Translations under genes and position numbers: made by a program
The notes under the pieces: generated by a model
Seen by the model: the letters and a program-made list of their open reading frames with translations, nothing else
Told to the model about the DNA's origin: nothing
The model's database searches: none
Part shown: piece by piece, positions 60,401 to 64,000 of the stretch
Position numbering within the stretch: position 1 is the first letter of the stretch
How the letters are laid out: each line of letters opens with the position of its first letter
From: Perna viridis
Taxonomy: Eukaryota
DNA length: 64,000 nucleotides
Assembly (NCBI GenBank): GCA_037379345.1
Contig: CM074524.1
Location: forward strand, 3,817,635-3,881,634
Reading direction: 5' to 3'

Positions 60401-63239
60401 GTTATCATATGTTATACTGAACCCCACACCAAAGAGAAAACTCAGACTGGGAGATATAGTGTAAGTACAGGATGTGTTATCATATGTTATACTGAACCCC
60501 ACACCAAAGAGAAAACTCAGACTGGGAGATATAGTGTAAGTACAGGATGTGATATATGTTATACTGAACCCCACACCAAAGAGAAAACTGAGACTGGGAG
60601 ATATAGTGTAAGTACAGGATGTGTTATCATATATTATACTGGACCCCACACCAAAGAGAAAACTGAGACTGGGAGATATAGTGTAAGTACAGGATGTGTT
60701 ATCATATGTTATACTGAACCCCACACCAAAAAGAAAACTCAGACTGGGAGATATAGTGTAAGTACAGGATGTGTTATCATATGTTATACTGAACCCCACA
60801 CCAAAAAGAAAACTCAAACTGGGAGATATAGGTTACAGACCACCAATTCAACCAATGAGCATTTGGAACGTACGCAAAAATAGTCCTACGCAGAAATTAC
60901 CCCTGTTCCTCATAGTGCTGTGAAAAAAGTTCTCATTTCATTTAAAAAGTTTAAACAGTTTCTGAAAGGAAAAACATTTCTGTACATTTTATAGGTGCAT
61001 TTTGCTTCTTGTGATGTGAAGCCTAATCTCCATAATGATTTTTAAATGTACCCCTATCTTGTGAAAACACTGGGATTTCCCATGCTATTTATAGACCCTT
61101 CACTTCCGGTGACCAGTACTGCACTGCAAGTCTGCTAACCCCACATGCCATTCTGAGGATTTTGAGCTGACATATGTAGGATCATGCTGATATATAGTCA
61201 TCTGCAGGTTAAAGTTAAGGTAAAGTCCAGAGAAGCCATTGAATATTGTGAAATTAGCATAGAAGCCTATGGGAAGTGGAATTAGTGGTTTTTAGCCTAT
61301 AGTGTAAGTACAGGATGTGATGTATGTTATACTGAACCCCACACCAAAGAGAAAACTCAGACTGGGAGATATAGTGTAAGTACAGGATGTGATGTATGTT
61401 ATACTGGACCCCACACCAAAGAGAAAACTGAGACTGGGAGATATAGTGTAAGTACAGGATGTGTTATCATATGTTATACTAAATGCCACACCAAAGAGAA
61501 AACTCAGACTGGGAGATATAGTGTAAGTACAGGATGTGTTATCGTATGTTATACTAAATGCCACACCAAAGAGAAAACTCAGACTGGGAGATATAGTGTA
61601 AGTACAGGATGTGTTATCATATGTTATACTGAACCCCACACCAAAGAGAAAACTCAGACTTGGAGATATAGTGCAAGTACAGGATGTGATATATTTTATA
61701 CTGAACCCCACACCAAAGAGAAAATTCAGACTGGGAGATATAGTGTAAGTACAGGATGTGTTATCATATGTTATACTAAATACCACACCAAAGAGAAAAT
61801 TCAGACTGGGAGATATAGTGTAAGTACAGGATGTGTTATCATATGTTATACTAAATGCCACACCAAAGAGAAAACTCAAACTGGGAGATATAGTGTAAGT
61901 ACAGGATGTGTTATCATATGTTATACTGAACCCCACACCAAAGAGAAAACTCAGACTTGGAGATATAGTGCAAGTACAGGATGTGATATATTTTATACTG
62001 AACCCCACACCAAAGAGAAAATTCAGACTGGGAGATATAGTGTAAGTACAGGATGTGTTATCATATGTTATACTAAATACCACACCAAAGAGAAAACTCA
62101 GACTGGGAGATATAGTGTAAGTACAGGATGTGTTATTATATGTTATACTGAACCCCACACCAAAGAGAAAACTCAGACTGGGAGATATAGTGTAAGTACA
62201 GGATGTGATATATGTTATACTGAACCCCACACCAAAGAGAAAACTCAAACTGGGAGATATAGTGTAAGTACAGGATGTGTTATCATATGTTATACTGAAC
62301 CCCACACCAAAGAGAAAACTGAGACTGGGAGATATAGTGTAAGTACAGGATGTGTTATCATATGTTATACTGAACCCCACACCAAAGAGAAAATTCAGAC
62401 TGGGAGATATAGTGTAAGTACAGGATGTGATGGGGTATCAATATTCTGCTCACATTATTCTGGTTTTGTTGTGTTGGTTTTACAGCTTAATTGTGGCTAC
62501 TTTTTCACTTATTTGTTATTCATATAACGGTGTGCATGATATCAGACTTGACTGACATTTGTTATCACTTAACTGAAATATTTTTTTTTCTTGACCTTAA
62601 AACAACAAACTCTAGAATAAATTTAATGTACCGTGAAAGAACTTTAATTCATGGATATCCATTTTTGTGGATCAAGGAAGAAACAAAAGTTCATGGATTC
62701 TTGAATTTGTGGTTTTAATGTTTTCAGTATATACATCAATGGGAATCTTTAATTTGTTGGGTACCAGCTTTCATGGTTTGGTCTACCTACGAAAACCACA
62801 AAAATTGGTACCTTACGAACAATAGTACTTATACAGAAGTCCATGTTCTCATGGAAACAACTAGTTAATAAATAATAAAATCAAAGAAAAAATCAAAATA
62901 TGTGGTAAAGAAGAGATCTATTTTTATCATTATAGTTATGTGATACAGCCGAGTTGTATGAATGCTATCCCAAGTAAACAAGGAGGATGGAACAAAGTCA
63001 AATCAAAACTAATTAGGTCACTCAGTAATCGTGACAACCCAGGACCAAAACAAAGACTCATTTCAGAATCTGTTAAATCAACATTGCCAGAAATTCCACA
63101 TGACAATGGAATCCATTTTGAGGCTAAAACAAACAACATTAGAACAGAGACCAGTTTACCAAGGCGGCCAAGTCGGTTCACAGTTCAGACCATACCAGAT
63201 GTTCATGAGACTTTGTCCAACAAATCTACTGATGAATGA
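15411..63239 (+). CDS. KCNT: Slo2/KCNT-family (Slack/Slick-like) K+ channel, 28 coding exons, ~1192 aa: join(15411-15493,21705-21787,25088-25184,25989-26072,26895-27003,27816-27890,28958-29044,29392-29495,30678-30864,32350-32514,34403-34539,35049-35112,36046-36154,36631-36739,38017-38166,38711-38919,39135-39405,40846-40951,42861-43033,43374-43445,45344-45475,47163-47274,48883-48987,49383-49466,50446-50568,58014-58176,58900-58981,62936-63239)
   Basis: Every intron is GT-AG and the phases join into one open frame of 3579 nt. It contains hallmark KCNT motifs in order: [83 protein letters not shown]. Orthology to KCNT1 versus KCNT2 cannot be resolved from sequence alone. Confidence 0.93.
17903..18281. 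mobile_element. MITE family C copy
   Basis: TTAA|GTAGC...CTAC|TTAA plus an internal match. Confidence 0.8.
20043..20895. mobile_element. HINE-like element with ~120 bp internal tandem repeats (20390-20800)
   Basis: 5' agctcacctggcc..ggccaagtgagct hairpin and internal repeats. Confidence 0.55.
20939..21077. mobile_element. MITE family A, truncated copy
   Basis: One TIR preceded by TTAA plus an internal match. Confidence 0.8.
21305..21677. mobile_element. MITE family B (~360-450 bp, GTGT...ACAC, TTAA-flanked)
   Basis: Copies at 48059-48508 (reverse) and 52134-52490. Confidence 0.85.
21705..21787 (+). CDS. KCNT: KCNT exon 2 ([27 protein letters not shown])
   Basis: Poly-T ag acceptor and gtaaga donor. 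Resembles KCNT [21 protein letters not shown]. Confidence 0.88.
21766..22245 (+). repeat. ~35-40 bp tandem array (~12 copies) made from the exon 2 3' end and donor
   Basis: Unit ttttctcaggaacc(c/t)accacaagtaagaaaatt equals the last 22 exon nt plus gtaagaaaatt. It decays distally. Confidence 0.9.
23091..23485. mobile_element. MITE family C (~390 bp, GTAG...CTAC, TTAA-flanked)
   Basis: Copies at 1-300 (partial), 17903-18281 and 23714-24105 (inverted). Confidence 0.88.
23714..24105. mobile_element. MITE family C, inverted copy
   Basis: Reverse complement of 23091-23485, TTAA at both ends. Confidence 0.88.
24678..25016. repeat. 46 bp minisatellite, ~7 copies, ending 70 nt before exon 3
   Basis: Unit tctagggagtaatacaagagtttttctttagacaggatttggttta. 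Confidence 0.95.
25088..25184 (+). CDS. KCNT: KCNT exon 3, S1 ([26 protein letters not shown])
   Basis: ag/gtgagt boundaries. Matches the KCNT S1 CLLYIVRV motif. Confidence 0.9.
25989..26072 (+). CDS. KCNT: KCNT exon 4, S1-S2 loop ([28 protein letters not shown])
   Basis: tttcag/gtatgt boundaries, phase 2-2, ends in the conserved INW. Confidence 0.85.
26064..26600 (+). repeat. 48 bp tandem array (~11 copies) containing the exon 4 end and donor
   Basis: Core tatcaactggta recurs every ~48 bp. The last copy regenerates tatcaactg|gtatgt exactly. Confidence 0.85.
26895..27003 (+). CDS. KCNT: KCNT exon 5, S2 ([36 protein letters not shown])
   Basis: ag/gtgagt boundaries. WV.R...W..Q motif. Confidence 0.9.
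27016..27223. mobile_element. MITE family A copy, 12 nt downstream of exon 5
   Basis: Same TIR and internal sequence as 53407-53617. Confidence 0.85.
27816..27890 (+). CDS. KCNT: KCNT exon 6, S3 ([25 protein letters not shown])
   Basis: tttacag/gtaagt boundaries. F.LE...P motif. Confidence 0.88.
27902..28143. repeat. 39 bp minisatellite, ~6 copies, starting ~11 nt after exon 6
   Basis: Unit cataatatacagattggccaacatcatttattacatctg. Confidence 0.9.
28201..28654. repeat. ~60 bp minisatellite, ~7 copies
   Basis: Unit tgtctgtttatttgttgtcccccaatgtgacaagacagagggacatagtgatggtatatatc. Confidence 0.93.
28958..29044 (+). CDS. KCNT: KCNT exon 7, S4 ([29 protein letters not shown])
   Basis: ttttag/gtatga boundaries. 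Matches KCNT PPLRNLFIPVFLNCWL. Confidence 0.9.
29392..29495 (+). CDS. KCNT: KCNT exon 8, S4-S5/S5 ([34 protein letters not shown])
   Basis: ag/gtaagt boundaries, phase consistent. Confidence 0.9.
30034..30271 (-). mobile_element. ~240 bp structured interspersed repeat, copy 4 (intron 8)
   Basis: Reverse complement of 8054-8291. Confidence 0.85.
30678..30864 (+). CDS. KCNT: KCNT exon 9, pore loop and S6 (CGIQHIQR...[22 protein letters not shown]...IPRQ)
   Basis: K+ selectivity filter TVGYGD, tttcag/gtaaga boundaries. Confidence 0.97.
31370..32282. mobile_element. Non-autonomous Tc1/mariner(pogo)-type element, 913 bp
   Basis: TA|CCGTATTCTTCCGTGTATA...TATACACGGAGGAATACGG|TA. CpG-rich relative to its flanks. 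Confidence 0.88.
32350..32514 (+). CDS. KCNT: KCNT exon 10 ([19 protein letters not shown]...HVVV...[14 protein letters not shown])
   Basis: Start of RCK1, ag/gt boundaries. Confidence 0.95.
32923..33132. mobile_element. MITE family A copy (opposite orientation)
   Basis: TIRs at both ends and a 3' TTAA. Confidence 0.85.
33246..34436 (+). repeat. 48 bp tandem array (~25 copies) of the exon 11 acceptor and exon start
   Basis: Unit ctttacag|gaacatatagtartgtttgtcagttctgat..., and the last copy is the real exon start. Confidence 0.97.
34403..34539 (+). CDS. KCNT: KCNT exon 11 ([46 protein letters not shown])
   Basis: QGSALKD motif and gtaagt donor. The acceptor chosen is the last of ~25 tandem copies. 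Confidence 0.92.
35049..35112 (+). CDS. KCNT: KCNT exon 12 ([21 protein letters not shown])
   Basis: ACFIL motif, tttcag/gtaagt boundaries. Confidence 0.92.
36046..36154 (+). CDS. KCNT: KCNT exon 13 ([36 protein letters not shown])
   Basis: WAVKDFAP motif. Confidence 0.95.
36631..36739 (+). CDS. KCNT: KCNT exon 14 ([34 protein letters not shown])
   Basis: HVVC..E.KYA.LA.NC motif. Confidence 0.95.
36889..37559. mobile_element. Non-autonomous Tc1/mariner(pogo)-type element, 671 bp
   Basis: TA|CAGTCGAAC...GTTTGACTG|TA, with repeated ctcgaac subterminal motifs. Confidence 0.85.
38017..38166 (+). CDS. KCNT: KCNT exon 15 ([24 protein letters not shown]...[11 protein letters not shown])
   Basis: WQ..YGR..GN.VYHI motif. 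Confidence 0.93.
38147..38311 (+). repeat. ~70 bp degenerate triplication of the exon 15 end and donor
   Basis: acacagaag|gtatgc at 38158, 38229 and 38297, with a further remnant near 38495-38535. Confidence 0.8.
38711..38919 (+). CDS. KCNT: KCNT exon 16 (FGVCLVAV...[18 protein letters not shown]...)
   Basis: GVCL and LNPG motifs. The donor gtgcag is weak but fits the phase. Confidence 0.88.
39135..39405 (+). CDS. KCNT: KCNT exon 17, acidic RCK1-RCK2 linker
   Basis: Open 271 nt exon with gacag/gtaagt boundaries. Phases 1 and 2 fit the neighbouring exons. Confidence 0.85.
39419..39881. repeat. 58 bp minisatellite, ~8 copies, starting ~14 nt after exon 17
   Basis: Unit tatactgaccaagtcagtaccagtacttccctccactcccggctactacctctatctt. 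Confidence 0.95.
40846..40951 (+). CDS. KCNT: KCNT exon 18 ([35 protein letters not shown])
   Basis: Matches KCNT G.PP..Y.G...T.CH.L.....CCL. AAG acceptor. Confidence 0.9.
41795..42062. repeat. ~36 bp degenerate minisatellite
   Basis: Unit catttaaacccacgctggcagcgttctattatcgtt. Confidence 0.85.
42861..43033 (+). CDS. KCNT: KCNT exon 19, RCK2 start (DCEHC...[10 protein letters not shown]...PIVLLLEE)
   Basis: NF.VPLR and PIVLLL motifs. Confidence 0.95.
43374..43445 (+). CDS. KCNT: KCNT exon 20 ([23 protein letters not shown])
   Basis: FLE.IC.FPMVY motif. Confidence 0.93.
44012..44461. repeat. 43 bp minisatellite, ~10 copies
   Basis: Unit gttcatctttcatggttagtcagtacctgtatgtgtgccgggc. Confidence 0.95.
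44570..44894. mobile_element. Small TIR element (taggctgttcca/tggaacagcccta) with a nested family A MITE at 44669-44841
   Basis: Outer and inner inverted repeats are both visible. Confidence 0.7.
45344..45475 (+). CDS. KCNT: KCNT exon 21 (LDDLLLAGI...[18 protein letters not shown])
   Basis: LD.LL..GI and M.D..TIV.VQT motifs. Confidence 0.93.
45441..46843 (+). repeat. 44-46 bp tandem array (~30 copies) of the exon 21 3' end and donor
   Basis: Unit tcacagacaatagtagctgttcagacaatactcaa|gtaagactctg. Confidence 0.97.
47163..47274 (+). CDS. KCNT: KCNT exon 22 ([26 protein letters not shown]...MEK)
   Basis: TEL....N.RFMQF motif. Confidence 0.94.
48059..48508. mobile_element. MITE family B copy with an internal ~62 bp tandem duplication
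   Basis: TTAA at both ends. 48098-48221 is duplicated. Confidence 0.85.
48883..48987 (+). CDS. KCNT: KCNT exon 23 ([35 protein letters not shown])
   Basis: FRLPFA.G.VFS.SMLD.LLYQ motif. Unusual GAG acceptor. Confidence 0.92.
49383..49466 (+). CDS. KCNT: KCNT exon 24 ([28 protein letters not shown])
   Basis: FVK.Y.I...RLLLG.D motif. Confidence 0.94.
49446..49627 (+). repeat. 35 bp tandem array (5 copies) of the exon 24 end and donor
   Basis: Unit aaatctggacatctctctagt|gtaagt(t/c)c(c/t)(a/g)tct(g/a). Confidence 0.92.
50011..50353. mobile_element. MITE, 343 bp, 25 bp perfect TIR, TA target duplication
   Basis: cagcaagttgaaaatgactggttct / agaaccagtcattttcaacttgctg. Confidence 0.9.
50446..50568 (+). 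CDS. KCNT: KCNT exon 25 ([18 protein letters not shown]...[15 protein letters not shown])
   Basis: TYG.L and EIP..IYRTE motifs. Confidence 0.93.
51064..51114 (+). CDS. Possible 51 nt cassette exon ([17 protein letters not shown])
   Basis: Good ttttcag acceptor, open frame, phase 0-0 with a gtagga donor. No homology support. Confidence 0.3.
52134..52490. mobile_element. MITE family B copy
   Basis: TTAA at both ends. Matches 21305-21677. Confidence 0.85.
53407..53617. mobile_element. MITE family A (~210 bp, TIR GGAGGTAGACCTAGGG, TTAA-flanked, Kolobok-like)
   Basis: TTAA|GGAGGTAGACCTAGGG...CCCTAGGTCTACCTCC|TTAA. Other copies at 20939-21077, 27016-27223, 32923-33132 and 44669-44841. Confidence 0.88.
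53713..56752 (+). mobile_element. HINE/Helentron-like element with a duplicated 5' end (53713-54145 vs 54948-55378)
   Basis: 5' hairpin aggtctttccc..gggaagacct, a (TTA)n tract, and a 3' subterminal gggaaagacct followed by hairpin caattgttc.gaacaattg. Confidence 0.7.
56932..57173. repeat. Foldback/palindromic MITE-like sequence
   Basis: The arms ggaattattttggaattaagaaaataa...gggttagtcatgcca are mirrored by tggcatgactaaccc...ttattttcttaaatccaaaataattcc. Confidence 0.75.
58014..58176 (+). CDS. KCNT: KCNT exon 26 (DGKDSGS...[20 protein letters not shown])
   Basis: Matches KCNT ELSELVKNRMKHLGL. aacag/gttagt boundaries. Confidence 0.88.
58900..58981 (+). CDS. KCNT: KCNT exon 27 ([27 protein letters not shown])
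   Basis: Matches KCNT SYVLINP.P...L...DIV. ttttctag/gtaagt boundaries. Confidence 0.92.
58909..62431 (+). repeat. 72/75 bp tandem array (~41 copies in two blocks, 58909-60830 and 61298-62431) of nearly all of exon 27 plus its donor
   Basis: Unit aagtacaggatgtg(a/t)tatcatatgttatactgaaccccacaccaaagagaaaactcagactgggagatatagt|gt. Confidence 0.98.
60831..61297. mobile_element. 467 bp non-autonomous TIR element inserted in the exon 27 array
   Basis: Imperfect ~19 bp TIRs (ggttacagaccaccaattc / gaattagtggtttttagcc) and a TATA target duplication of the repeat unit. Confidence 0.8.
62936..63239 (+). CDS. KCNT: KCNT exon 28, terminal (YVIQPSCM...STDE*)
   Basis: Phase-2 acceptor tatag continues DIV|YVI as in KCNT DIVYLI. 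Open to TGA. Confidence 0.88.
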
Positions 63240-64000
63240 TGATGGAACATTTACATTAGTCATGTGACATATACAAGTCACATGATTGTGAATGAAATGC
63301 CAGCAGAATGATAACTATGGCAGAGTATCTTGAAGGTTGCTAGAGACTTATGTAAAAACCACATGAACTTCTTGAAGAGAAAAACAATGTTGACCACTGT
63401 CAGTTATTCTTAATTTTATTCTCCCAATTTGTATTCTTTGACCAAATGCTAGGAAGGTTTTTGCGATTTAATTTTTCTATTTATTTTAGTACTGTTGACA
63501 TTTCTGGTGCTTTCCATTAGTACCACTGGAACCTGACGTCTGTTCCATTGTTGGTTTGTACCCTATGCTTCATCTTGAATGACATAACATTCCCAGACAT
63601 GGGAGGGGGAGTACTCTTATCCATCACTGAATGGAATTTAATGAAACTTTCTCAGAATCTTCATTACATATTCCTATTGTGCCACCCAATTTTTGGTGGG
63701 GTATCAATTTTTTTAACTCAACATGAAATTAGTGAAAGTCGGTTTGACCCAGTTAATGGAAAACCTGGTGTCTATACACAGTATAATTTTGTTGCTAGAT
63801 TTATACAATAAGACTTAAATATAGACCACAAACATTATGCGTGAAATGTTAATAACCAAGAGAATGTTTGGTTTTAAGATACATGATGTGTGAGTTAGGT
63901 TCAGAAATTTGACAGAATGTTTTCAAAGTCTGTCAGTTTACATCCATAGGTACATGAATTGGTGCTATTTTTGTTCTGTAAAGAATAGAGTTGCATAAGA

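Noticed and set aside
58886-62380. 643 aa and 362 aa minus-strand ORFs ([25 protein letters not shown] repeats)
   Set aside because: These are the antisense reading of the 72/75 bp exon 27 array. They stay open only because unit lengths are multiples of 3, and nothing else supports a gene.
33246-62431. CRISPR-like appearance of the regular arrays
   Set aside because: The units are contiguous with no unique spacers, there are no cas genes, and the context is a spliceosomal eukaryotic gene.

Overview
AT-rich eukaryotic DNA. The repeat landscape looks like a bivalve mollusc, which is an inference. The window holds one multi-exon gene on the + strand, assembled by hand from GT-AG boundaries with consistent phases: 28 coding exons from 15411 to 63239, about 1192 aa. 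It encodes a Slo2/KCNT-family (Slack/Slick-like) potassium channel with a TVGYGD pore and RCK1/RCK2 domains. The introns and the upstream 15 kb are filled with MITEs, Helentron-associated (HINE-like) elements, a structured ~240 bp interspersed repeat and many minisatellites. The long ORFs in the ORF track are repeat artefacts. The most striking observation is that at least 7-8 exons carry tandem arrays built from their own exon-intron junction. Donor-derived arrays run downstream of exons 2, 4, 15, 21, 24 and 27, and acceptor-derived arrays run upstream of exons 11 and 23. Together they give roughly 120 duplicated splice-site copies in one gene, and the functional copy is always the exon-proximal one.
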